A DNA stretch of 64,000 bases from Acidimicrobiales bacterium (GCA_035937905.1 DASZHK010000107.1:536-64535), one strand, 5' to 3'. Shown: positions 9,643-18,326, counted from the first letter of the stretch. The notes: generated by a model not told the origin, from the sequence alone. Numbers and translations: made by a program.

Positions 9643-10542
9643 ATGGTGAAGAACGCCGAGGACGACGTGAGGTGTGAAATTGTCAAAGGTTTCACGCGCG
9701 ACATCCTTCGCGTTGCCGAGAAGAACATCAAGGTGGCGGACTTCACCGTGCGGAACAACAATCGAGAGGGTGTCCCCGATGACCCGGAGTCAACGCGCAG
9801 GATCCGACTGGCATTTCGCCGTATCCGCTACCAGTTGAAGACGATGTCCACCGTCGATAGTTCTCTCGGCGCGGAGTTCCTCATTGGACGACTACGCGAC
9901 GTCGGCAAGCCTTTCGGTCGACTTCGCGACGCAGAAATTCTTGAGTCGAGCGTTACTAAGGCGTTGGGCGACCGCGCCAACACCGCGCAAGGCCAACAAC
10001 TCTTGGACATTGCCGCGCACGCTCGCAGAGTCGAACAACAGACCACCGATCACCTTCTACACTCAAACGCGTATCAAGAGAATCTCACTGAGGTGAGCAA
10101 GTTTCGACGGTCCTTACCTTCTCGTCATTCGACACCCGAAACGTTGCGACCATTGGCGGAGCGCGCGATGCACGCCTCATGGCGCGAACTTCGCCGGTCG
10201 GCCCTCAAAGCGAAGCGACATCCCTCAGACGCCAATCTGCACGAGACACGAATAGCCGCCAAGCGAACCCTCTACGCCGCCCAAGCGCTTTCGGACGTCC
10301 TCGGTGCTTCGGCCAAGGAGTTCGTACGCTCCGTTGACGCAATGCAGAAATATCTGGGTAAGCAGCACGACCTCGCCATAGCGTCGAAGTGGTTCACACA
10401 AGTATCGAAGGACTACCCCGCCCTCCACGGTCTCGCTCGATCACTCGCTCGCGAAGAACGGCGACGTGCGGACCAACGATCAACGCGCTGGACGAAGTAC
10501 TGGAAGACGCTCGAGGCTCAAAAGGCCACGAGGAAGTGGTGA
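9643..10542 (+). CDS. CHAD domain protein (polyphosphate-binding)
   Basis: 'DPESTRRIRLAFRRIRYQL', 'GRLRDAEI', 'LHETRIAAKR..YA', 'LGKQHD'; AGGAGGT 9 nt before ATG 9643. Confidence 0.85.
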   Translation: MVKNAEDDVRCEIVKGFTRDILRVAEKNIKVADFTVRNNNREGVPDDPESTRRIRLAFRRIRYQLKTMSTVDSSLGAEFLIGRLRDVGKPFGRLRDAEILESSVTKALGDRANTAQGQQLLDIAAHARRVEQQTTDHLLHSNAYQENLTEVSKFRRSLPSRHSTPETLRPLAERAMHASWRELRRSALKAKRHPSDANLHETRIAAKRTLYAAQALSDVLGASAKEFVRSVDAMQKYLGKQHDLAIASKWFTQVSKDYPALHGLARSLAREERRRADQRSTRWTKYWKTLEAQKATRKW

Positions 10543-10575
10543 GGCTCGCGTATCGCAGCATCGACCCGACGCTGT

Positions 10576-11571
10576 CTAGATCTTGCCAATGATGGAGTCG
10601 CGATAGGCGTCGATGGTGGCGCCGGGTTGGTCGTGCATGAGATAGAGCGAGAACTGATCCACGCCAAGTTCACTCAACTCGCTGAGACGATCACGATGTT
10701 GCTCAATGGTCCCTAGTACGCAGAAGCGATCGATCACCTCGTCGGGTACGAACTCGGCGTCGGGGTTTCCCGTCTTGCCGTGGTGGCGGTAGTCGTAACC
10801 CTTACGTCCTTTGATGTACTCGGTGAGCGCAGGCGGAACGATGTTCGAGTCGTCGCCGTAGCGTCCGACGATGTCGGCGACGTGGTTGCCCACCATGCCA
10901 CCGAACCAGCGAACTTGATCGCGCTGGTGTGCGAGGTCGTTGCCCACGTACGCGGGAGCAGCGACGCACACCCGGTAGTCCTCGGTACTTCGACCGGACG
11001 CTTGGAGAGCCTCCTGCGCCGTTTCGATCGCCCACCGGACGACGAAGGGATCAGCGATCTGGAGGATCAGTCCGTCCGCTTTACTGCCCGCAAGTTCCAA
11101 CGCCTTCGGACCGTAGGCCGCCATCCAGACGTCAAGGTGGCCGTCCGCCACCCACGGCATCGAGACGGATCTCCCGTTGATGAGAGCCTCACGTCCCTCG
11201 ACGAGTTCTTTGATGACGGTCATGCACGACGAAAGTGTCGCGAGCGTGGCAGGCTTTCCGCCAGTCACGCGAAGTGCCGAGTCGCCGCGACCGATACCGC
11301 AGATCGTCCTCGGACCGAACATCTCGTTGAGCGTGGCGAAGAGAGACGCCGTCACGGTCCAGTCGCGCGTGATCGGGTTCGTCACCATTGGTCCCACGAT
11401 GATGTGATCGGTGGCGCCGAGTATCTGGGAGTAGATGACGAAGGGCTCCTGCCAGAGCACCACGGAGTCGAACGTCCAGAAGTGAGAGAACCCGGCGTCC
11501 TCGGCGCGCTTCGCGAGCTCGATGACGTCTTTCGCCGGTGCGTTCGTCTGCGCGACGAGACCGAAGTCCAT
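10576..11571 (-). CDS. F420-dependent LLM oxidoreductase, TIGR03842 (CPS_4043) family
   Basis: 'MDFGLVAQT', 'WTFDSVVLWQEPF', 'VTNPITRDWTVTAS', 'WFGGMVGNHVAD'; third gene after nitrilase and hydA. Confidence 0.88.
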   Translation of the reverse strand: MDFGLVAQTNAPAKDVIELAKRAEDAGFSHFWTFDSVVLWQEPFVIYSQILGATDHIIVGPMVTNPITRDWTVTASLFATLNEMFGPRTICGIGRGDSALRVTGGKPATLATLSSCMTVIKELVEGREALINGRSVSMPWVADGHLDVWMAAYGPKALELAGSKADGLILQIADPFVVRWAIETAQEALQASGRSTEDYRVCVAAPAYVGNDLAHQRDQVRWFGGMVGNHVADIVGRYGDDSNIVPPALTEYIKGRKGYDYRHHGKTGNPDAEFVPDEVIDRFCVLGTIEQHRDRLSELSELGVDQFSLYLMHDQPGATIDAYRDSIIGKI

Positions 11572-11635
11572 TACGCGCTCCGGCTGAGCACGATCGTCCC
11601 TACGCACTCACTATTCTGAGCAAACTTGAGCTCGT

Positions 11636-13039
11636 TCATCGGAGATAGCCGTTGAGTCCGCGGCGTAGGAACTGGCCGTAGCCCTTGCGCCCCACGTACT
11701 GATCGTTCTCAATCACGACGGTTCCTCGCGACAGCACGGTCTTCACCTGACCTTTCACCACCATTCCTTCGTACGCCGAGTAGTCGACGTTCATGTGGTG
11801 GGTCTCAACCGAGATCGTGTGCGTGGCGTTCGGGTCGTAGAGCACGATGTCCGCGTCCGATCCCGGCGCGATGAGTCCCTTCTTTGGAAAGAGACCGAAC
11901 ATCCTCGCCGGCGTCGTGGCCGTGACGTCCACCCAACGCGCGAGGGAGATCTCGCCAAGGGCGACGCCTTGGAAGATCAAGTCGACCCGATGCTCGATCC
12001 CAGGGATGCCGTTGGGGATCTTTGAGAAGTCGCCCAGCCCGAGTTCCTTTTGCTCTTTGAAGCAAAAGGGGCAGTGATCCGTTGAGACGATGCTGAGGTC
12101 GTCGGTGCGAAGACCTCTCCAGAGATCGGCGTGGTGGTGCTCGGGTCGAAGTGGTGGCGAGCAGACGTACTTCGCGCCTTCGAATCCCTCGCGCGCGAGG
12201 TCGGCGTCCGAGAGGAACAGGTACTGGGGACAGGTCTCGGCGAAGACACTCTGTCCACGGTCCCTCGCCTCGATCACTTCGTCGAGCGCTTCGGCGGCGG
12301 ACAGGTGAACGATGTAGAGCGGCGCGTGCGTGACGAGCGCCAGTTGAATAGCGCGGTGCGTGGCCTCACCTTCGAGCGCCACCGGCCGGGTCAAGCCGTG
12401 GAATCGAGGACTGCCCTCCCCCCTCGCGAGCGCTTGTGCGACAAGTACGTCGATGGCGATCCCGTTTTCCGCGTGCATCATGATGGTCGCACCGTTCGAG
12501 GAAGCCTGCTGCATGGCTTGGGTGATCTCGCCGTCGGTGGAGTAAAAGACACCGGGGTAGGCCATGAACAACTTGAAACTCGACAAACCTTCGTCGACGA
12601 CGAGGTCCATCTCCTTTAGCGACGCCTCGTTCACGTCGGACACGATCATGTGAAAGCCGTAGTCGACCGCGCAGTTACCTTCCGCCTTCGCGTGCCACGC
12701 GTCGAGTCCCTCTCGCAAACTCTTACCTTTGGACTGAATCGCGAAGTCGATGACCGAAGTAGTACCGCCGAAGGCCGCCGCGCGCGTGCCCGTCTCGAAC
12801 GTGTCCACTGAGTGGGTGCCTCCAAAGGGCATCTCGAGGTGGGTGTGACCGTCAATCGCGCCGGGGATCACGTACTGACCACTGGCGTCGATGATGCGGT
12901 CCGCGCCGACGCGCCAGAGTTCTGACGTCGTCGTGCCCGGCCCGGCGAGTCCAACAATGACGTCACCGTCGATGAACACGTCGGCCGCGAAGGGACCGCT
13001 CGCGTTGATGACGGTGCCGCCACTGATCAAAGTCTTCAT
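11636..13039 (-). CDS. hydA: dihydropyrimidinase
   Basis: 'PGAIDGHTH', carbamylated-Lys 'SSFKLFMAY', 'MMHAENG', 'VSTDHCPF', 'PNGIPGIE'. Confidence 0.95.
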   Translation of the reverse strand: MKTLISGGTVINASGPFAADVFIDGDVIVGLAGPGTTTSELWRVGADRIIDASGQYVIPGAIDGHTHLEMPFGGTHSVDTFETGTRAAAFGGTTSVIDFAIQSKGKSLREGLDAWHAKAEGNCAVDYGFHMIVSDVNEASLKEMDLVVDEGLSSFKLFMAYPGVFYSTDGEITQAMQQASSNGATIMMHAENGIAIDVLVAQALARGEGSPRFHGLTRPVALEGEATHRAIQLALVTHAPLYIVHLSAAEALDEVIEARDRGQSVFAETCPQYLFLSDADLAREGFEGAKYVCSPPLRPEHHHADLWRGLRTDDLSIVSTDHCPFCFKEQKELGLGDFSKIPNGIPGIEHRVDLIFQGVALGEISLARWVDVTATTPARMFGLFPKKGLIAPGSDADIVLYDPNATHTISVETHHMNVDYSAYEGMVVKGQVKTVLSRGTVVIENDQYVGRKGYGQFLRRGLNGYLR

Positions 13040-13074
13040 GGAACGTTTCTGCTTTCTTTGAGTAACGGCGAGGA

Positions 13075-13935
13075 CTAGGGAGCGACCAAGCTTCCGTAAC
13101 TGTCAGGTCGTCGGTCACGGTAGAAGGCCCAAGTGTGACGGACCTCTTTCAAGACGCCGAGATCGAGGTCGCGCACGATCACCTCGTCGTCGGTGTCCGA
13201 CGCAGCGTCGCCGACGAGTTGACCCCGGGGATCGACGAAGTACGAGGATCCATAGAAGCTGTTGTCGCCGAGCTCTTCGACGCCGACGCGGTTGATGGCC
13301 CCGACGAAGTACTCGTTGGCGACGGCGGCGGCCGGCTGCTCGAGATTCCAAAGGTAGGCGGAGAGCCCGCGACTCGTCGCCGAGGGGTTGAAGACGATCT
13401 TCGCGCCCGCAAGTCCGAGGGCGCGCCACCCTTCGGGAAAGTGCCGGTCGTAACAGATGTAGACGCCGATGGGGCCGACGGCCGTCTGAAAGATGGGATA
13501 ACCGAGGTTGCCCGGGCGAAAGTAGAACTTCTCCCAGAAACCCTTCACCTGGGGAATGTGGTGCTTGCGGTACTTGCCCAAGTACGTCCCGTCGGCGTCG
13601 ATGACGATCGCAGTGTTGTAGAAGACGCCCTCTTGTTCCACCTCGTAGATCGGCACGACGAGCACCATGTGGGTCTCTCGGGCCAACGCCTGCATCAACT
13701 CCGTCGTAGGTCCCGGGATCGACTCGGTGTAGGCAAAGTACGAGGGGTCTTGGACCTGGCAGAAGTAGGGACCGTAGAAGAGCTCTTGAAAGCAGAGGAC
13801 CTGCGCTCCCTGGTTGGCCGCTTTTCGAGCCAGCGCCACGTTGGCGGCGATCATCGATTCCTTGTCGCCGGTCCACTTCGTCTGGACGAGGGCGGCGCGA
13901 ACGATCTCGGTGGTGGTATCCGCTGGAGTAGTCAT
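13075..13935 (-). CDS. nitrilase-family beta-ureidopropionase (N-carbamoyl-beta-alanine amidohydrolase)
   Basis: E-K-C triad: 'FQELF', 'YRKHHIP', 'ICYDRHFPE'; start moved to ATG 13935. Confidence 0.9.
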   Translation of the reverse strand: MTTPADTTTEIVRAALVQTKWTGDKESMIAANVALARKAANQGAQVLCFQELFYGPYFCQVQDPSYFAYTESIPGPTTELMQALARETHMVLVVPIYEVEQEGVFYNTAIVIDADGTYLGKYRKHHIPQVKGFWEKFYFRPGNLGYPIFQTAVGPIGVYICYDRHFPEGWRALGLAGAKIVFNPSATSRGLSAYLWNLEQPAAAVANEYFVGAINRVGVEELGDNSFYGSSYFVDPRGQLVGDAASDTDDEVIVRDLDLGVLKEVRHTWAFYRDRRPDSYGSLVAP

Positions 13936-14079
13936 TCGCTTCACCTCGAAGTTCAGTACAACGCGGACATGCCGTACGAAAATCTCCTGAGTCAAAGGTA
14001 CTTTCGACCAGATTCGGATACTAGACCCGAACGTGCCTCGCTTCGTACCTTCGCCGTCGCCTGGACGTAGGGTCAATCT

Positions 14080-14520
14080 ATGAACGTGAAACGACACGGC
14101 ATCGATCTCGGGTTCAAGGTGATGAACACCACGCACCGAGCGGTCCTACTCCTGAGCGCCGGCCGTGTAGGGCGATCGATCAAGGGCAAGCCCATGGTCG
14201 AATTACTGACCATCGGGCGAAAATCTGGAATGGTTCGATCCACCATGTTGTTGGCGCCCGTCGTCGACGGTGCTCGCGTCATCCTCGTCGCGTCCAAAGG
14301 TGGCGACGACCGCGACCCCGACTGGTATCGCAATCTCCTGGCTCATCCGGACGTCGAACTGACCATGAACGGCGAGCAACGTCCGATGCGTGCGCGCCCG
14401 GCGACGCTTGAGGAAGAAGGACAACTGTGGCCCCGGGTCGTCGAGTCGTACAAGGGTTACGCGACTTACCGTGAACGTACTACTCGCGACATCCCGCTCG
14501 TTGTCTGTGAGCCGCGCTAG
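14080..14520 (+). CDS. F420H2-dependent deazaflavin nitroreductase (DDN family)
   Basis: 'LLTIGRKSG..R', 'VASKGG...PDWYRNL..HP', 'TRDIPLV'; TAGGGT 6 nt before ATG. Confidence 0.9.
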   Translation: MNVKRHGIDLGFKVMNTTHRAVLLLSAGRVGRSIKGKPMVELLTIGRKSGMVRSTMLLAPVVDGARVILVASKGGDDRDPDWYRNLLAHPDVELTMNGEQRPMRARPATLEEEGQLWPRVVESYKGYATYRERTTRDIPLVVCEPR

Positions 14521-14841
14521 GAGTGCAATCGCTGCGTCTCTTTTGTTGAGGCAGTCTTCCGCACACTGTGATGGATGGATGAATTCGGACACGAAGATTC
14601 ACTTTGCTCGATCGCCACTTCACTGACGTTCAATTGAATGACTACGCCAAGATCATTTCGCGGAGACCTTAGAAGTTCCAGCTAGTGGTGAGGAACGTTC
14701 TCTCCGCACAAAGTGCCGAGAGAACGTTGAACTACTTCTAAACAAATTCGAAACCATCTCTCAGCCATCCAACAGCGCCTTCACATCACTCTCACAAATG
14801 CGCTCTCTACTCTAAGAACTGTTCCTGTGAAGGGAGAACAT

Positions 14842-15585
14842 ATGAAGCACCTAACTACAAAATCCATGGCAGTGTTCACACTCGTCGCCGCCATGGGCAT
14901 CAGCATCCCAGCCGTTGCGTACGCGGGCTCACCGCCTTCGTCGGGAGCCAACTCAACGCCAGCCGATTCAAGCGCAAGCTTCCTCACAGCACAAAAGGCT
15001 CTCGAGCTTCAACTTGCTAATCGCGCCACACAACTTCAGCACCTCGTCACCGACGTCACCGCAGCGACGTCGCTCAACGCAAGTGCTTCGACGACGCTGC
15101 AAGCACGTCTGTTGACCGAGGAAGCAAGCATCAATTCGCTCGTCGCGAAGGTGCCAACGGACACGACCAGGGCTGAGCTCAACACGGACCGCAACGCGAT
15201 GCTCAAGGACAACCGCGTGTACGCCGTGATGTCTCCACAGGTGTTCGAAATGATCGAAGCATCGGTGGTGGCGAATCAGGTCGTGACGCTGCAGGGAAAT
15301 GAGGCGACACTCCAGTCGGAGGTCGCGTCCATCTTGGGTCTTCCGGGCTACAAGAACGCGCTTAACCACTACGACAATTACGTCGCTCGCCTTTCCAACT
15401 GGTCAACAAGGATCGTGAACATTGAGGCGATCGTGCTCGCCCAGACGCCGCAGGGTTACCCCGGTAACACCAAGTCGTTCGTCGCCGAGAATCACGCCAT
15501 CCTCGAAGCGAACATTGCCCTTTCATACGCTTCATACGACGCGAGCATCATTGGTCTCGCGACGGGCGGTTACACCGGCGCGTAG
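14842..15585 (+). CDS. secreted helical hypothetical protein
   Basis: Sec-type signal peptide, S/P-rich linker, amphipathic helices; AAGGGAG upstream of ATG 14842. Confidence 0.8.
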   Translation: MKHLTTKSMAVFTLVAAMGISIPAVAYAGSPPSSGANSTPADSSASFLTAQKALELQLANRATQLQHLVTDVTAATSLNASASTTLQARLLTEEASINSLVAKVPTDTTRAELNTDRNAMLKDNRVYAVMSPQVFEMIEASVVANQVVTLQGNEATLQSEVASILGLPGYKNALNHYDNYVARLSNWSTRIVNIEAIVLAQTPQGYPGNTKSFVAENHAILEANIALSYASYDASIIGLATGGYTGA

Positions 15586-15618
15586 GACGTGACGCTTGAA
15601 CTGAAACATTGAAATCCG

Positions 15619-15658
15619 AATATGGCGGTTGGTGGCATAGGTCATCAACCGCCATATT
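15619..15658. terminator. hairpin between convergent secreted-protein gene and tRNA-Arg
   Basis: AATATGGCGGTTG ... CAACCGCCATATT 13-bp perfect inverted repeat. Confidence 0.7.
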
Positions 15659-15720
15659 TGAATTCGCTTCAACCTTTGACATCGGCACACACAGACGACG
15701 TTCTTATAACTGAGGGAGAT

Positions 15721-15751
15721 GGCCTTGGCCCCACCTATTGGGGTCAAGGCC
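15721..15751 (-). terminator. hairpin immediately 3' of tRNA-Arg
   Basis: GGCCTTGGCCCCA-cctat-TGGGGTCAAGGCC, 13-bp stem with one mismatch/wobble. Confidence 0.65.
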
Positions 15752-15754
15752 AGT

Positions 15755-15829
15755 TGGTGCCCCCGGCAGGATTCGAACCTGCGCTCACGGTTTAGGAAAC
15801 CGATGCTCTATCCCCTGAGCTACGGGAGC
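15755..15829 (-). tRNA. tRNA-Arg(CCT)
   Basis: Cloverleaf GCTCCCG/CGGGGGC acceptor stem, anticodon loop TTCCTAA, TTCGAAT T-loop, encoded CCA. Confidence 0.97.
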
Positions 15830-16035
15830 TTCGCCCTTTTGTTCCATTCTTGCATGCGTGTGCAGACACCGATTAATTGCTGAAAGGACTGTGATGTCAG
15901 TTCTCGCAAGCTTGGGCCACTTGGCCCTGGGCGGACCGCGCGCCCGCAGCGAAGTGTCGAGGAGCGAACAACGCCCCTGTGACATACCCTCTCAGGCGTA
16001 ATCTCCTTACGTATTTCAAGAAATTCAGCCAATGA

Positions 16036-16356
16036 TCACTCTGGACCATCTTCAACTGATGGAGCCGAGTCGATGAGACTTAGAATTTCTTTAAGTGAAG
16101 ATTCAACTTCCTTATCGTCGGTCTGTGCCAAAATTTCTTGTCGATGATCAATACGTGATGCATTCACAGTCTCGATTTTCAGCCACCGCCAACGTAACCT
16201 AGCGACCCAGACGTGATCCGATACGTCATCCAGATTGTTGATCAAACTCTTCAGGTCAGAACTAAGTTCATCGAGAGGTATCTGCCCATATTCAAATTCA
16301 ACGATTGCCTTTCTCAATAAATCGAGAAGGAACTTCTGCCGTTCAACGTCTATCAA
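16036..16356 (-). CDS. hypothetical acidic helical protein, putative polymorphic-toxin immunity protein
   Basis: 106 aa; TTG start overlaps TGA of upstream toxin-like stub; AT-rich. Confidence 0.65.
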   Translation of the reverse strand: MIDVERQKFLLDLLRKAIVEFEYGQIPLDELSSDLKSLINNLDDVSDHVWVARLRWRWLKIETVNASRIDHRQEILAQTDDKEVESSLKEILSLIDSAPSVEDGPE

Positions 16357-16454
16357 TGTGGATTCAACGCTCCCCTTGAAACCGTAATGATTTTTCCGTC
16401 TTGTGAGACGACACTTATGTTGTTTTGGTCACTGTAATGAATGACCGGCGCTCT
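16353..16454 (-). pseudogene. start-less C-terminal fragment resembling a polymorphic toxin tip
   Basis: Manual translation RAPVIHYSDQNNISVVSQDGKIITVSRGALNPH*; bounded upstream by in-frame TAG at 16455-16457. Confidence 0.5.
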
Positions 16455-16500
16455 CTAGCGGTCAGCAGGTAAGACTAAGTCGCTGTACCATACTCCGAGC

Positions 16501-17046
16501 ATGCTTGATATCACTCACGGCGAATGGGTTGAGCTGCACTTGGGCGTTGTTGGCTCTCCATCGGGTAGCGGATTGGTCCTTCTTGACGGCGACGAGGACG
16601 AAACCCGCGTCGTATTCAGAGGGTACGCGCCTGACTTTGAATCAGACGATCGGCGTGAGGCGTTGGCCATCATCACGGCGAAAAGGTGTCTGCAAAGCGT
16701 CTTCGGCTATCCGAATGAGGAAGCCTATTGGCTTGACGAGCGCGGAAGTCTAGGAATCGGAATTTACGAACTCATAGGCTCGATGTGGGCCGAAAATGTT
16801 GCGATCTTCAATGACCGCACATATTGGCGTGACAAGCAGGAGCATCGGGATTTCTTGGCAAGCCACGGCATCTCCGAAATGGGACCTATTCACTCAAGTC
16901 AGCTGCGGCACTTCTTCATTGGATCAAAGGACTCCTCTGTTCAGTTGCTGGCCGAGGAGTTGCTGGTCGAAATCATCGATGGTAAGTCATTCGGTGAAGT
17001 CATCAGCGAAGCGGTTCATCGAATGCTGAATTCGACGTGCGACTAA
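16501..17046 (+). CDS. hypothetical protein ('FGYPNEE...LRHFF' family)
   Basis: 181 aa, CATACT 6 nt before ATG (leaderless), natural acidic composition. Confidence 0.7.
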   Translation: MLDITHGEWVELHLGVVGSPSGSGLVLLDGDEDETRVVFRGYAPDFESDDRREALAIITAKRCLQSVFGYPNEEAYWLDERGSLGIGIYELIGSMWAENVAIFNDRTYWRDKQEHRDFLASHGISEMGPIHSSQLRHFFIGSKDSSVQLLAEELLVEIIDGKSFGEVISEAVHRMLNSTCD

Positions 17047-17308
17047 TCAGTGAATCCCTATCGCTCCCGACCGCACGTATCTAAGGCGCCAGTGGAAGGT
17101 GGCAGACCTGGCATGTCGACTCTCCGACAGTAACCCGCACCCACTACAAAAGCCAGCACAACCTCAGCACAACATTTGTTGAGAACGGTGGCGAAGGGTG
17201 AAGTACAATTGACACTCTTGGCTTGCACCGAAGTAGCGCTTCATCAGCAGTTTTGGCTAAACAAACGGGATCGGGCATCGCCTCAATCAGGCTGCCAATA
17301 CAACTTTT

Positions 17309-17342
17309 GAAACCGATGCACTCTCCCCTGGGCTACGGGAGC
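17309..17342 (-). pseudogene. displaced 5' half of tRNA-Arg(CCT) (att-like remnant)
   Basis: GCTCCCGTAGCCCAGGGGAGAGTGCATCGGTTTC vs tRNA GCTCCCGTAGCTCAGGGGATAGAGCATCGGTTTC (3 mismatches); ends at tRNA position 34. Confidence 0.85.
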
Positions 17343-17584
17343 AGTCTCCATTATCTCAACCCTTTTGCGAGACGTGAAAATGGTTGTGAAGCAGTTCCAA
17401 GGTACAGGCGGATTCGTGAGTCGTCCTTTATTTCCAACAACAGGTGGACGCGTTGATGGCATTCGCATCAATTCGGTCAAATTCTGACGTCGTACCATCA
17501 TGGTGATTGCGAAAACCGAGTCAGTCGGGCCGAACCAGATCAGATCCGACGTCCCACGTGACGCAGCACGCGAAAAGGAGAACC

Positions 17585-18223
17585 ATGTTCGAACGATTCA
17601 CTGACCGATCCCGGCGAGTACTCGTACTCGCGCAAGAAGACGTACGTGAACTCAACCACGACTTCATCGGTACTGAACACGTGTTGCTCGGGCTGATCCG
17701 TGAAGGTGATGGAATCGCCGCAAAGACGCTCAGTGCCGCAGGTGTTAATTACGACGCGGTTCTCAAGAAGGTTGAGGAGCGGCTGACCCGCAGCTCCGAC
17801 CCATCGCCTGGTGCACCACCATTCACGGAGCGAGCGAAGAAAGTACTGGAGCTGTCGCTTCGTGAAGCCATGCAGCTTGGTCACAACTACATAGGCACGG
17901 AACACTTGCTGCTCGGACTCCTTCGAGAGGGAAGTGGAGTGGCGACCCAGATCCTCCGTGAGCTCGATGTCGAACTGACACATGTCCGTGAGAAGGTCAT
18001 CGAGATGATGTCGGGTCAAAGTGGGAGTGTGTCTAGCGGTTCACGGACATCGGGGCAATCTGATTTTCAAATTCTCTTCGGCGTCGTGCGCAGGACCGGT
18101 CAACAGTTGCGTCCCGACCTTGGTTCACCCGAGTTTTCCGAGCGAGCAGCGAAGATTGCCGATGCTCTCTTCAACCAACTCCGTAAGGACTGGATCGCAC
18201 CTGACGACCCCCTTGAACCGTAA
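17585..18223 (+). CDS. Clp N-terminal domain-only protein (ClpC2-like)
   Basis: 'MFERFTDRSRRVLVLAQE', two 'H.YIGTEH.LLGL'-type repeats, no AAA+ domain; AAAGGAG before ATG 17585. Confidence 0.88.
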   Translation: MFERFTDRSRRVLVLAQEDVRELNHDFIGTEHVLLGLIREGDGIAAKTLSAAGVNYDAVLKKVEERLTRSSDPSPGAPPFTERAKKVLELSLREAMQLGHNYIGTEHLLLGLLREGSGVATQILRELDVELTHVREKVIEMMSGQSGSVSSGSRTSGQSDFQILFGVVRRTGQQLRPDLGSPEFSERAAKIADALFNQLRKDWIAPDDPLEP

Positions 18224-18326
18224 CGCTGAGTGAAGCGGAATCCAATCCGCGCGAGACGAACCTCGAAATGAGATTTGGCACCACTGCGTTTTCTTGGTGG
18301 AACCCTTATGCGCGTAACGTCGCGAC

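Larger units (their letters stand above)
15830..17308. mobile_element. degenerate mini-island integrated in tRNA-Arg (no integrase)
   Basis: Bounded by intact tRNA-Arg and a 31/34-nt copy of its 5' half; visibly more AT-rich than flanks; orphan cargo. Confidence 0.65.

Noticed and set aside
15820-16032. 70-aa ORF and overlapping 15785-15985 ORF as island genes or integrase remnant
   Set aside because: They run into the tRNA gene and show no R-H-R-H-Y integrase motifs
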